Counted from the whole stretch's first letter, positions 40,988 to 54,740 are shown. The stretch is 63,689 bases of DNA, filler included, from Cercozoa sp. M6MM (GCA_040357565.1; 14 parts of 14 records of this genome joined end to end with filler, not necessarily neighbours in it); one strand, 5' to 3'. The notes: a model not told the origin generated them from the letters alone. Translations and numbers: made by a program.

Positions 40988-41340
40988 CCGTCGCGTCGGC
41001 AGCAGCAGCGTCGCGCGCAGTTGTCCAACGACGAATTGCGGCAGGCCAACATCAAGGTAGTGTTTACCCCCCCCCCACCCCTCTTTACCCCCCTCCCACC
41101 TTACCCCCTCTGTACCCCCTTCAGCCACCGCCGGGCGGATTTGCGGGGGATCGCGACAGCGGCATGACGGTTTCTCTACATAGTGTTTAAGGGGCATTTC
41201 GCGGGTGGCTACAATGATGTCCACTCTGACTACAGGAGGACACGGACGAGGTACCGTCGGAAATGACGATTCTGGGTCGACAGGTCGACATTTATGACTT
41301 GTTCGGCGTCGTCGTCTGGCGCTTCGGCGGCCTGTCGGTA
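37998..41340 (+). CDS. Chromatin protein: ELM2 + PHD-C5HCH + start of ARID domain; 3'-truncated
   Basis: VRVGEQYQ|AVLP (ELM2); [24 protein letters not shown]...[18 protein letters not shown] (NSD-type PHD-C5HCH); [21 protein letters not shown] (ARID). Confidence 0.8.
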
Positions 41341-41669
41341 GCGCTTTACCCCCCTTTCAACCCCGCCATTTTACCCCTNNNNNNNNNNNNNNNNNNNNNN
41401 NNNNNNNNNNNNNNNNNNNNNNTTAATTAATTAANNNNNNNNNNNNNNNNNNNNNNNNNNNNNNNNNNNNNNNNNNNNGGTTTTGGCTTTTCGTTGTCAG
41501 TGAGTTTCACTCGGTGTTCGTTTAAAGAACGGCCGTAGCTTGGTTATTGCGGGTGCGCAGCTGTGTCAAACTCAGCCGCGCCTTTAATTCGCGCCTTTAA
41601 TTCAGTGCATTTCTGAAATTGGCTTTCAGTTTACGCTTTAAGATTCCCTAAGAAACCGCGCAGGAAGTC

Positions 41670-43076
41670 TCACAGTGGTGACAACTGCGATGAAAGTGCG
41701 GCGATGGCACCAAACACGAGGCCCGTGTCAATATCCGTGGCACTGGAAGAATTGAAGCTTGTGTTGGCAGGCACGGGAGATGCTTCGGTTTCCATGAATA
41801 TGCACCGCTTGTAGGAGTCCAGGAGTGCAAGCCAGTTGCACGGCTCTGGCGCTTCCTTCTTCTGAATCTGCCCGTGCGAGTTCATCAACATCAAACTGAT
41901 TACTTTCAACCTATGCTTCCTGTACCAAGGAGGTCCACATGAAGGTGTTGAATGTCAAGTACGACGCAATGCAGAGGTGCGGCATTGTGGCGCACATTCC
42001 CGCCGACAAAGCCAGCGCAGGTGGGTGCGAAAACGCCAAGTACCTTCAATGGGCAGTAAGTTGACATATCACTCTGGCGGCAAAAATAAGACGAGATGTA
42101 CGACAGTACCCAGCATACACTGTCGAGAATCGCAGCATCATGCCACGCATTGAGTGCAAGTCAGTGAAGCCGCGAAGGTAGCGCTTGCACAGCGACCACA
42201 CCGTACCCATCAGACGTTGAAACCTACTCTTCCAGTTCATTGAGGGCAGGACCGGCAAGTGCTTTTTTAGGGCACTGACTTGCTCCACTACCGTTCTATC
42301 AACAACAAGTTTCATACAAAGTTCAAGTTGTATGACTAAATTTGAAGAAAAACTCACAGGGGGCCAAGTAAAAACGACGCAAAAGGCGACAACAACGGTG
42401 GCGATACGTGCTTGCAGAAGTGCGTCGGCGCGCTTTTCGTAGCCAATTCTTGAAAGTAGCGCAGACCGGAGTTTGCTTCGTCGGCGTCATTCTCAATCTG
42501 ACTGCTTGACACGGTCGGTGCAGAGACGACTTCTTGGGTCGAGAGAGATGCGCTGCTGCTTTCCTCAGACGCACTAATGTTGGAATCTGCTGACTCTGCG
42601 CCGTCGGAAGTCGCGCTCAGCGATGAGCCCATTCGAACCCAAGACTTTGTGAGCGGCATCATTGATTGGTGTCGGCTCTGGGACTCACTCCTAATTCCAG
42701 AGTCGCGCCAGTAGTAGGTAAGCTGAGAGTCGCTGAGTTTGTCCCAAGAGCGGATTTCCACTCGTAGTGTCAGTTTCGAACTCGAGTTGCTCGGCGCAAA
42801 GCTGGCACGTGTCAGCCTGAAACTGAACAGTCCGGTATGAGTCACTTGAAATCAGTTAGATGGCACTAGAGCGCTGAAGATTCCATCGGCGGTCACTGGT
42901 TTTGCTCCGACCGCAAATCTAAACTTCATTGAGCGTAAGTTTAAGCTAAGCTCTTCCACACAAGGAAGGTCAGAAGCAATAGCCAGGTCATCGCGTGGAC
43001 GATGCGGCTTCCTGTGAGGCGAGGCGCCACGCGCATCGTCGAGTGATTGCCCATTGAACGTCACGGCAGATGTCAC
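41670..43076 (-). CDS. Multi-exon hypothetical protein
   Basis: Chain of minus-strand ORFs linked by short putative introns; no known motif. Confidence 0.45.
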
Positions 43077-43260
43077 GGAGGGTAAAGTCGACGTCTTGAT
43101 GAAGTATCCTTCAGGTGTTTACGCGGCTCGATTAGTAATCACAAAGGTGAAACCTCAAACAAAAAACAACCACTAAGTAACTTTGTTGTCACGTCATTCT
43201 TATCACGAATAAGGGCGTTTGCGCCGTGACGGTTTTCGAAGATCGTGCTTGATGACGTTT

Positions 43261-46200
43261 CTACTCGGATCGCGTCGTTACGTTTGATCGCGAGGTCGAG
43301 GTCGTGGCCAGGCGCATCAGTCGGTGTCGCTGGGCCAGCAGCTGTCCCACATCGGCACGTACGCGAGCGGCAGCGCAGGCCGTTCGGAGTCGCGTCACGT
43401 GGGCCTGAGGGAAAGGTAGTTGAATCCGAGAAGACATCCGAGAGGGAGGATAAAGGTCAGGTACCATAGCACGCGGGTCGAAGGAGAACTCGCGTTTGGC
43501 GGACGCGAAACCTTCAAACGGAGTCAGGAAGTCGAGACTGGTGTCGGTTGGTTCAGTCTGTTGTTGCTGCTGCTCGAGTCGTTCCTTCTGTCGCAACAGT
43601 TCGCGTCGTTCATCCTCCAACTGTCAACATTGAGAGTGTACGTATACAGATACAAAGAAACAGAGAAGGGAGCAAAGGACAAAAGCTACGGCAGTCAGTG
43701 CGGCACACATGTCGGCGAAAGTGGCGTCACCACGCTCGATCATGGCCTGCAGTCGCACGCCCAACTCGGTACTCTCCTCCAGCTTTTTTGTTTTTGTGCT
43801 GCACGTTCACAACACAGACAAAGTCCAGGACACGGTTGGTTATTTTAAAAACAGTCGATGCGAAACAAGGTCGAAAACTGAGTGTTAAGTCAGAAAAGAC
43901 TGAGAATAACAAACCGTAGGACCAGCACAAACTGATCGCAAAACAAGTGCATACGTTTAGTGTTAAACGAGTAGAAAAACAAATACACAAACTAAGTGTA
44001 GAAACAAGCACACTGAGTGCAAAACAACACAAAGCAAATCAAAAGAAAAGCAAATCAAAAGCAAAGCAAAGCAAAAGTGAAACAGCTTAAGCAGAGACTG
44101 ACAAGAGGTACCCCTGCACGACGTTGCGCATGCGTTGGAGCGTCTCGTGCACGGGTGCGAACTGCGGCAGAGCTGTGCCCTGACGGAGGTTGCTGCGTCG
44201 AGTGTCAGCAGCAGCAGCAGCAGCGGTGTCGTTTCGATCGGCAGTTGCGACAACAGGCGAAGAAGCAGTCGCACCGGCGGCAGCAGTTTTCGCCGCCTCA
44301 CGTGACAGTTGCTGCTTGAGTTGCGACACCTGCGTCAACAAGCAGCTTGCAGTTCATTCAACACTCTCTCCCGTCAGAACAAAACAGTCGGAAGCACCTC
44401 TGCCTGCGAACGCTTCGTCTCGTGCAGCAGTTGCGACTGTCGTTGTTGCTGTTCCTGTCACAGGCAAGGGTAGGACAAAAAGGGAGAAGTCAGGAAGGAA
44501 CCAAGCAAGCAAGGAAGGAAGTGAACCTGCAACTGATGTCGCAGCATCTGCACCGAGGCGACCTTCTCGGCCAACTGACGACGCAGTTCCTCCTCGTTGC
44601 GTTGCGAGTCTCTGCACTCACACCCACACTCAACACAAGGCTCACACACAGAGACAGACTAGATGACAGACAGAACGGAACGCACCTCAGCGCCGTCTGT
44701 GTGTGCTGCAGTCGCTCCTGGTGCCGCAGCGTCTCCAGCAACGTCGTTCGCACTGCCGCTGCATGCTCGGTCAGCACCGGAATCGCCTCCTCCAGCTTCA
44801 TCTCCTGGGACAAAGGGACGGGAAACAGGAGTAGAGTGGGAGTGTAGGGTAGGGGTAGGGGTAGGGTAGGGTAGGGTAGGGTAGGGTAGGGGTAGGGAGG
44901 ATGGTAATAGAAAAGGCAAAGGCAGGAACCTCATACGGCGTCGTCCACGCGGACAGCGACTGTGCAAATTCGGCCAGCATCCGCGCGTACTGTAGCGACA
45001 GTTCGTGCAGGCGCGCCTCCTCCTTTTTCGCATCGTCGCTCTCGTCACGCTCGCATTGCTTCTCATCGTTGTCTGCGTCGACCGGCGTTTCTCCCGAGCC
45101 AGAGCCGGAGTCGGATGAGCCGGAGTCGGAGTCGGAGTCAGAGTCGGAGTCGGAGTTGGAGTCGGAGTCGGAGGAGTCGAGGTGCTGCGGCAGCAGGTCC
45201 TGCACGGCCTGTGCCTCGTGCAGCAGCGATTGCAGTCGGAGCCACTCGTGCTGCAGCGACAGCACCGTCGACTGGTCAGCGGACGGGTCAGCGGACGGGT
45301 CAGCGGATGGGTCAGCGGATGGGTCACTGAGTGCACGTGTCAGTGTGAGCAAGGAGTCACCGGCCACGTGCAGCGTCTCAGCCACGGCAGTGACCACCGA
45401 GACGTCGTGCAGGTGCAGTCGGCCCAGCGCAGCGTCCAGCTGGTCGGCCACGTCGTCCAGGTTGTTGGTACGCACCAGTGCCTGCAGGAGTCTTGCGTCG
45501 CGGCAGTGTCGCAGTGCCTGCAGCAGCGAGGCCACGCACTGCCACAGTCGCAGCAGCACCTGGCCCAGCGAGGTCGACACCGCCTGGCCCTCCTGATCAT
45601 ATGTACGTCTTATGTGCGTACATATAGATATGTTAAATACGTAGATATAGATATGTTAAATATATATATATATATATGTTGATCTTCTCTATAAATGTAT
45701 ATTGATATTGTTATTATTTATTATACTTATACTATATATATATTATTTATACTATATATGTATATATCTATATATGTTGTATTTATATACCTTTCATTAA
45801 TACTCTGCATGTATATATATATATATATATATATATCTATAAATATATGTATATAAATATAGACAGGGAAACGCACCGTATCGAGGACGGAGAGAGCGAC
45901 GCGGTCAAAGGCGAACCACGAATCGCGGAACTCGCTGCTGCGCACGTCGTCGTCGCGACGTGGCACCAGTTGGCGCAGTTGCTGCAGCAGCGACTGCCAC
46001 AGACCGGCTGCGACGCGACGCACGGCGTGCACACTGGACAGGAAGCGCGCACTCGCTTCGTCCACCAGCACTGCATACACATATTCATACATGACATACA
46101 CATACATACATAAACAACACATACATACACATACATACGTACATACATGCATACATACATACATACCATACATACATACATACATATCATACATACATAC

Positions 46201-47432
46201 ATACATACATACATACATACATACATACATACATNNNNNNNNNNACATACATACATACATACATACATACATACATACATGCATAAATACACATATGCAT
46301 ATATACATACGGACTACACACATACACACATACGGTAGCATACAGAGACCACACCAGTCCGGGCAGTATCGTCACGTTTCTCATCGTCTGCATCGACAGT
46401 GGTATCGGCATCGACATCGACATCGACATGGACAGCTTCGTCCGTGTCGGCAGGAGCGGAAGGCGGCAGGTGCAGTCGCCAGAAGGCAACGCGACTGGCC
46501 AGCTGCTGACTGTGCCGCTCCGCGTGGAAGGCCGCCAGTCGTGCCGCCTGCAGCGCCGCCTGCTGTCGCCGCACGTGCAGTGTCAGACAAGACACACGAC
46601 GCAGCAGCACTGTGTGTAAGCAGGGGGGATATTATATTCATGTCTATATCGTAAGGTGTCCATATATGTACCTTCGCGTCCCTCCTGCGTGCTTTCGGCC
46701 ACGTCGGCACTGTGCGCCAGTTGTCGCTGCAGACGGCGCTGCTCGCGACGGAAGTCGGCCACACGCGCGCGCAGTTTCGCCAGCGACTGCGATTGCGCCG
46801 ACATGCGCCGTCGCTGTCGCTGCAGCGCCTCTGCTCGTATCGCAACTCTCAACTCGAAAGCAAACTCAAAACAAAGCAAAGCAACTCAACTTCAACCCAA
46901 AGCAAAGCAAAGCAACCCAAATCAACCCAAAGCAAAGCAGCTCAACTCAGCTCAACTCAACTCAACTCAACTCAACTCAACTCAAAGCAAAGCAACTCAA
47001 CTCAACTCAAAGCAGCAGTACCGATGAGTCGGCGAATATGCGCCTCCTTCTCGGCCACCTCGTCGAGCAGGTCGCGCTGCAGTCGGTCGTGCTGCCGCTC
47101 GAGCAGACGACTCGTGTCGGAGCTCTTCTCCAGGAAGGCAATGTGCGAGGCCTGCTGCTCCGACTGCAGTTCGAGCTGGTAGTTGATGCCGCTCAACTCT
47201 TCGATGGTGCGCTGAGCGTGCGCCAGGTCATCGAGTGCTGCCGCTGCCTCGGCCAGCTCGAGCTTCAGTCGGCCCGTCTGACTGGCCTCCTTAGACTGCG
47301 TGTACCCAGTCCAGCCTCACCACAGAGCAGACAAAACATCACAGCTGGCTACAGGCACGGCTACCAGGGCCTCCAGTCGCGCCGACTTGTGCTGCAGATC
47401 CACGTTGCGCGAGTCGAATAGTCGTTTCAACT
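43261..47432 (-). CDS. Long coiled-coil protein, multi-exon, 5'-truncated
   Basis: Heptad-rich L/Q/E/R exons with an SD dipeptide tract. Confidence 0.6.
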
Positions 47433-47508
47433 GGGAACATGTTTTTATGCATGCGTGTGTGTGTCCGTGCGTGTGTGTGTGTGCGTGCGTGTGTGTGTGT
47501 GTGTGTGC

Positions 47509-47555
<47 letters not shown>

Positions 47556-47728
47556 NNNNNNNNNNNNNNNNNNNNNNNNNNNNNNNNNNNNNNNNNNNNT
47601 TAATTAATTAANNNNNNNNNNNNNNNNNNNNNNNNNNNNNNNNNNNNNNNNNNNNCCCCTCTTTACCCCCCTCTTTACCCCCCCTCTTTACCCCCCTCTT
47701 TATCCCCTCCCCATTACCCGCTCCCCAG

Positions 47729-48710
47729 ATGAGCGAGCACAGTGCGACGTTGCTGCAGTGCGTCGTGTCGCAGGGGTAGCTTTTTACCCCCCCTCCCTAC
47801 GCCCTCACCCCCTTACCCCTTACCCCCTTACCCCCTTAGAACGGAGTCAGCAACGAGCGAGGCGTCGCTGGAGTGCGTGTGTGCCACGTCGCATGCGATT
47901 CGCGATGCTGTGCGACGTCGTAGTACCGAGACAGACGCCCCCTTAACAGGAGGTACCTTGCAAGGAGGTACCTTGCAAGGAGGTACCTTGCAAGGAGGTA
48001 CCCAGGAAGGAAGCAGAGGAAGCTTCATGCAGCGCTCGCTGCAGGAGTACCTAACTCAGTTGGAGCACTGCATTGTGACGCCTCTGTTGACAAGGTTGTC
48101 GGCCGCCTCACTGCCGACACTGCCGCCGCTTCTACTCGATGCCGCCGTTCGAACCATCGGCGCCTTTGCCTTCCTGTACACACACTGGGGATACCAGGGG
48201 GGGTAAAATGGGAGGTAAGAGGGGGGTAAACTGCGTACGGATGTGCAGCTACGAGAGGTCGGCACAACTGCGCGCTCACGTGGCCGAGTTGACGCAGCAG
48301 CTGGCGCAACTCGCCGTCGCCGATCTGCCGGCCTGTCGCGGCGGTAGTCTTTTTACCCCCCCCCCCCCCCTTTATCTCTTTTACCCCCCCCAGCATGTGT
48401 AAGTGCATCAATCGCTTTGCGATGTATTCATCGTGAGGTACTGCTTTACCCCCTTTACCCCTTTAACCCCTTTAACCCCTTTACCCCCCTTAAGTGCACG
48501 GTGACATCGCCGGAGATGGCGAGTGCGGTGGCGACGGCGATTGCGACGGCGTTGAACAAGCAGCGACTGCCGTGTATTTTACCCCCTCCACCCCCTTAAC
48601 TCCTTTGCCCCACCCCCTTAACCACCCCGTACCCCTACCCCCTTAACCCCACCCCCGTGCAGTCCAGGACCTCGACCACAGGAACGAACAGCGCGCGCGT
48701 CTCATTGTAC
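47729..48710 (+). CDS. Internal fragment of an alpha-helical hypothetical protein
   Basis: GT-AG-bounded GC-rich exons with a GGTLQ repeat. Confidence 0.45.
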
Positions 48711-48825
48711 TTTGTTCCTTTTTTTNNNNNNNNNNNNNNNNNNNNNNNNNNNNNNNNNNNNNNNNNNNNTTAATTAATTAANNNNNNNNNNNNNNNNNNN
48801 NNNNNNNNNNNNNNNNNNNNNNNNN

Positions 48826-51045
48826 AAAACCGCCGGCCGACGCCGCAGTTTGACAGCGTGATCCGGCACGAAAATGTCGCACACGACATCGCTGTCGTCG
48901 TCGTCGTCCTTCTCGTTTGTGTTGTTATTTTCCTTGTTGTTTTCCTTGTTGTTGTTTTCCTTATTGTTGTTTTCCTTATTGTCTTCCTTGTTGTTTTCGG
49001 TCCGCGCGGACGGCGGCAGCGACAGGTGGCGCGCGCGCAGGCGCAGGAAGAAGTTGTAGTCCCACAACGAGAGCCAGCGCCAGTCGCGTTTCGCCAGTGA
49101 CACCTGCACCAGTACAGATCATTGATCGATCATAAAGGATCACTGATCGATCATAAATGACCACTAATCGATCAGTGATCGATCAATTCTAGTGTACCAA
49201 GTCGTGCGCCAGTGGCGCGTGGCGGAACAAATTGCGCGACACGAAACCGGCCGTCACGTCGCCGCAGGCCTGCACGACGAACTGCATGGCCCAGTGCACG
49301 TCCGAGTCCTGAGAGGGGGGCGGGGGTAAATAGGGGGTGGGGTAAAGAGAGACAAAGCCACCTGCTTGACGCGCGTGGCCGCCTTGAGCAGCACGACGCG
49401 CACGAACTGCTGCAGCGAGTCGCGCGGCGACAGGCACACCTCGCCGTCGCCGCCCACGCCCGACAGCAGCGACATCGCCGTCACCAGGCCGCTGTGCGCG
49501 CTCTGCGCGTCCTCGCCCTCTGCTTCACAAGCAAAGCCACTCAACTCAACTCAACTCAACTTAACTCAAAGCAACTCAAAGCAACTCAACTCAACTCAAC
49601 TCAACTCAACTCAACTCAACTCAAAGCAACTCAACCCAAGCAAAGCAACTCAACACAGTGTACTGTTGCGAAGCGACGACGCCACTAGCGCATCGCTCAG
49701 CCGCGCGCAGTCCAGCGTCGTACCGGCGCGTCGCATCAGCGTCATGGCAGTGGCTGCCGGGTCCACGTGGAACTTGCAGCGGCCCTGCGCCAGCTCCGCA
49801 CAGCGCCGCGGTTCGTCCAGCAGCAGTGCCTGCAGCTGCTGCAACGACGCCAGCGTCTGCTCAAAGCAACTCAACTCAACTCGACTCAACACAACTCAAC
49901 TCAACTCAAAGCAACTCAACTCAACTCAACTCAACTCAACTCAACTCAACTCAACTCAACCCAACTCAACTCAACTCAACTCAAAGCAAAAAGCAGAGCA
50001 AGCACACATTGCCACGACTCTGTTTGTCCACCGTGCTCTCCTTGTCGGCACCGATCGGAGCGTCCAACGCCGCCAGCAGCGCCGACCATCGCTGCACCGA
50101 CTCCGAGTGGCCCAGCTGCAGCTGCGGCCGCGTCACTCGCCCGAAGCGCGCGTAATTGTCGCGCACGCCGCCTAGCCGCAGTATCGCCGTCGCCACGCGC
50201 TGGGGGTCAAAGGGGGGTAAAGGGGGGTGGGGGGGGGGNNNNNNNNNNNNNNNNNNNNNNNNNNNNNNNNNNNNNNNNNNNNNNNNNNNNNNNNNNNNNN
50301 NNNNNNNNNNNNNNNNNNNNNNNNNNNNNNNNNNNNNNGGGGGGGGGGTAAATGTCGCTACCGCAGCTCGCTGCCGACGCGACACAGGTCGTTCTGACGC
50401 AGTCCATTGCGTGTCGGGCTCCGCGCGGAAGGCGCGCAGCAGCGTCGCCATCGTCCGCGCGGACAGCCGCAGCAGCTGACTCCAGGCTACGCGCTGACTG
50501 GCCACGCTGTCCCAAAAACACAGTCGCAGCCGCGCTAGTCGCGTCAACAGCGCCGCCTGCCGGGGGGCAAGGGGATTAAGGGGTAAAGGGGTAAGAGGGT
50601 AAGGGAGTAAGGGGGTAGGAGGGGTAAATCCTACATCAGACAGACGCAGCTTGGCCTCGGCCTGTTCGCACAGGTAGGCATTGCATCGCACCGTACGCCA
50701 CACCACCACCAGCTGTGCGTCTCTGCAGGGTGGGGGGGGGGGTGAACAGGGAAGTGAACAGGGAAGTAAACGGGGGGGTAAACAGGGGGGGGGGGTAAAC
50801 AGAGGCTAAAGAGGGGGGTACGACAAACACTCGTGCACAGACGACAGCAACTCTTCGAACATCTTGACCAGACTGGCTACAACTGTAGCCACACGATGTG
50901 TGTAGATTTGGACCGTCCAAGACAGACCCTCCCACACACACAAAAAGAGGCTACACGAGGCTCGCTGCAGTCGGAGTCGCGGCGCGCTTTTCCCACTCGT
51001 TTGTTGCCGCCGCTTGCGCCGATTCTTCTTGTTCATCAGTCCACC
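48826..51045 (-). CDS. Internal fragment of a hypothetical protein
   Basis: GC-rich exons separated by (GAGTT)n, GATC-rich and C-rich introns. Confidence 0.5.
49535..49990. repeat. Intronic (AACTC)n/(AAAGC)n pentamer arrays in two introns
   Basis: Directly visible; the same motif occurs at 46850-47010. Confidence 0.9.
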
Positions 51046-51767
51046 TGGGAGGGGGGGGGGGTAAACATGGGGNNNNNNNNNNNNNNNNNNNNNNNNNNNN
51101 NNNNNNNNNNNNNNNNTTAATTAATTAANNNNNNNNNNNNNNNNNNNNNNNNNNNNNNNNNNNNNNNNNNNNTGCCTACGGTGGCTACGGTGATAGCTAC
51201 GGCGACATCGACGGCTACCGTCCCGCGCCAGTCGCTGACGTCGGACCTTTGAAAGTGAATATCCGATCATGAAATTGCCTGGCAGACGGGAGCTTGCTGC
51301 TTTCGTCAGCTCCCCCAGGAAATCAACGGTTTAAAAACAGCATTCAGACTCGACTCTGACTGAAATGATTCGCCACAGTACCAAGTGGCTTCGCACTGCG
51401 CGGACCGTGCTGGCGGAACGGTCACTCAGAAACACGATAAGTGACCGGATGACTGCGGAGTTCGGAATCACGAACGTACTGATTGCAACGAACCCAAATG
51501 TACCTGTAACCTGTCACGACTCGCTCGCTCACTCGGCCGATTCGACCACTGCTTTTATTCAGTTCTCACTAAAACTATAATTCTTGATTGGACGGGACTG
51601 ACTCTTTGAATCTGATTTGAAAGCCGAAAAACGTCGCGTGCGTCGACCGGACGTGATACGGTGCACACGATACACTCTCGTCTACTGTTAGCATCGCCCA
51701 CGCCATGCATGAACAGCTATGCTAGCTCGATTCAACGACTGCAACTAGCACTGTACGCTAAGCGAAG

Positions 51768-54740
51768 CTAAAAGTCCAATTCTTCCGAGTCGTCGCTGTC
51801 GAAGTCGAACTGAGACGGCATTGGCAGTTGCGTTTTTTGGTCACCGGTGTGGTTCCTGTTCGTGTTGCTACGAGTGATAACATCAGCGCCGCCTTTGGTG
51901 TCGGCACTGAAGGTAACCGTGTTTTTCTTCCGAGCGCTGTGGTTCTTGGTGGCGGCAGCAGCCTTGACTGTGCTGCTGACGTCGACACTGAATTCGTCGT
52001 CATCGTCAAAGTCAAAGCCGTCCAAGACACTGTGGGAAGATGTAAACTACAATCCAATCCGGAGAAAAAAAGCCAGTCTACTCATCGTTGATGCCAACTG
52101 AATGTTCCGCAGTGCTAAAGGAAACAGCCAAGTTGTTTCGGGCACAGTGGACCTTGATGAAAGAGAGAATACATTGGCCTGGGTCGCTTGCGTGCTGTGA
52201 ATGGCGAATTAGATTGCTTTGGTCGTTGCTGCTGCAACTGCTTTTGTGTCACCGAAACAACATTTTGCGTTCGTCGATTCTCGTCTGTTGCTTCAGTTGG
52301 TGACTCTTGACTTTGTTGCTTGCTGCTGTCATCATCACTGTCCTCGTCCGCGTCCTCCTCGTTAAACATCAGCGGAAACTCCACTCGCAGCTCAGTCTAT
52401 ACCCAAAACAGACCTCCAAAACGAGAGCAAATGCACCAGACACGATCACACCGGGTAGTCATAGGCCCACTCGCTTCCGCGCGGACCAATCTCATCACTC
52501 AGTTCGCGGAGCTCAACTTCGGAAAAGAGCTCTTGCAAGAGTTCGTCGCGCTGCAAACACAAAAGGGACATCAGTTTTAACGAGTCATTAGAAGCACAAA
52601 CTCACGTAGACTTCGTGAAACTCGCGATCGGCAGCACCTGGTGCTTCATGAAATTCACTGGTCATGAATGCAGCCTGTGCAACAAATACAAAAACAAAAA
52701 CTGACTGAGGAGAAAAACTATTCCCACTCAATGTCTGAATACCCTCAAGTCGGCACCAATCATGAGATCATTGACAGCTTGCAGTGGCATGTTGTGCATT
52801 GAGTGACGTGCCAGCTGCGCCTGTGATCCGACATGCCGCCAATATAATAAAAGAAGTCAAACTGAAATCAAACTGTTTGCAAAAGCCAGAAAACTACGAC
52901 AACAAGCGCATCCAATGCTGTGCACTTTCGCCGGAACATAAGACGTGCGTGTGCCTGGATCAGATAGAAAAGAGCGTGAAATTTCGCAAAAAAAAAAAAA
53001 CGAAAAAAGCGAGAGAAATGCACCTGAGCGAGTCGAACGAGACCCTCGAGGAAACGCACAGTAGTGGCAAGCTGCATCTGCGCACTGCTGCTGCGTTGGC
53101 GAACATACACGCGTCGCAGAATCTCCGACTAAGTCAGTAGTCACACAAAGCAATACATGTATTGCATATCCCTTTAGTGATACAGAGCGCACATACAGCC
53201 ATAGGTGTCAGTGCAGGCTTGAACTGCGCGCGCACAAAGTCGACGTAGGCTCCCAGTCGCCGCAGACTCCACTGGGTGGACATCCGCGCGGCCACACGGC
53301 ACTGACGGTCCTCCTGAGTGATCCGAGACAGTAGCCACACACACGAGGTTCGATGAAGATGATGGAGTACCGTCAGTGTTACACCGCGCAGAGGATCGTT
53401 GGCGTTCTCCTCGTCACTGGCACGTGGAAAACCGTGCAGCATCTGCGCCGCCACCTGCGCAGGCACACACCGTGGTATTCTTCTGTCAGGTGGGGAAACG
53501 ACAGGCTGGGAAGAGAGACCTGTGCATCCCAGACGGGATCGCGTCGGTCCAGCACGAGAAAAACCAGGTCGAAACGCGACAACAGCGGCGTGCCGAGACC
53601 CGTGTTGCTGCTGAGATCAATGTCCGCGCGGAAGCCCGTGCCACGTGCGTTCAGTGCCGCCAGAACCGTCGTGCGTGTGCGCAGTTTCGCCACCATGCCA
53701 GCCTTGGCCAGGTGGATGCACTGCTGCTCCATCGCCTCGTGCACGCCGCCGCGGTCCTCCTTGCCCATACTGCGGGGGAGGGGGAGGGGTACAGAGAGTA
53801 AGGGTAAGGGGTTAGGGGTAAGGGGGGTAGTGGGGGGTAAACCTGTTGAACTCGTCGATGCAGCAGACGCCGCCGTCGGCCAGAACGAGAGCGCCGGCCT
53901 CGAAGGACCAGTGTCTGCCGTCTGGGGTGGGGGGGGGGTAAACAGGGGGGTAAGCAGGGGGGGGGGGGGGGGGGGAAGACGGCGCAGTACCGCGCACAGC
54001 GGCGGCAGTGAGGCCGGCCTTGGTGGTGCCGACGCCCGTCGTCAGCACACTGCGCTCGCTGAGTTGCGCCGCCTGCCGCAGCATCACCGACTTGCCCTGT
54101 GGGTGGGCACACACACACGTGCACGTGCAGTCAGTCAGTCAGTCAGTCAGTCAGTCAGTCAGTCAGTCAGTCAGTCAGTCAGTCAGTTAGTCCCTCAGGG
54201 ATCAACACTGCGATCAACACTTTAGGATCAATGGTACCGTGCCAGGGTCGCCCACCATCATCATGTGACAGTTGCCGCGCTGACCGTCTAGGGGCAGGGG
54301 GAAGGGGTGAGGGGGGGGGGTAAGGGTTGAAGGGAAGGCATGGAGTAAGAGGGCTAAGGAGGGGGTAAAGGAGGGGGTAAAGAAGGGGGGTAAAGGAGGG
54401 GGGTAAAGGAGGGGGGTAAAGGAGGGGTGAAGAAGGGGGGTAAAGGAGGGGGGTAAAGGAGGGGGTAAAGTAGGGGGCAACAGGCGGTACCACTGCCGAC
54501 GCCGCCGATAACAGTGAGCAGCGTCGCCAGTTTCAGCAGTCGCATGCCCTGTCTCACAAGGATCACAGTGGTCACAAAGCGATCACAACGATCGATCACA
54601 ATGATCACAACGATCGATCACAATGATCACAATGATCAGAGTGATCGATCACAGTGGTACCCTTAGTTCGGGCGCCAGTGTCGCCACGATGCGATCGCGC
54701 GTCTGCAGCGGCGCGTACTCGGTGCGCTCCGCCTCTGCCC
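51768..54740 (-). CDS. MCM9: MCM9 helicase AAA+ domain and acidic tail; 5'-truncated
   Basis: MMVGDPGT|[77 protein letters not shown]|AHARLMFR. Confidence 0.9.
54300..54480. repeat. Intronic (GGGGGGTAAAGGA)n array, C-rich on the sense strand
   Basis: Directly visible in an MCM9 intron. Confidence 0.9.

Noticed and set aside
5036-54740. DNA-repair gene cluster (EEP, RecQ4, SNF2, MCM9)
   Set aside because: Apart from EEP and RecQ, these genes are on different, artificially joined contigs.
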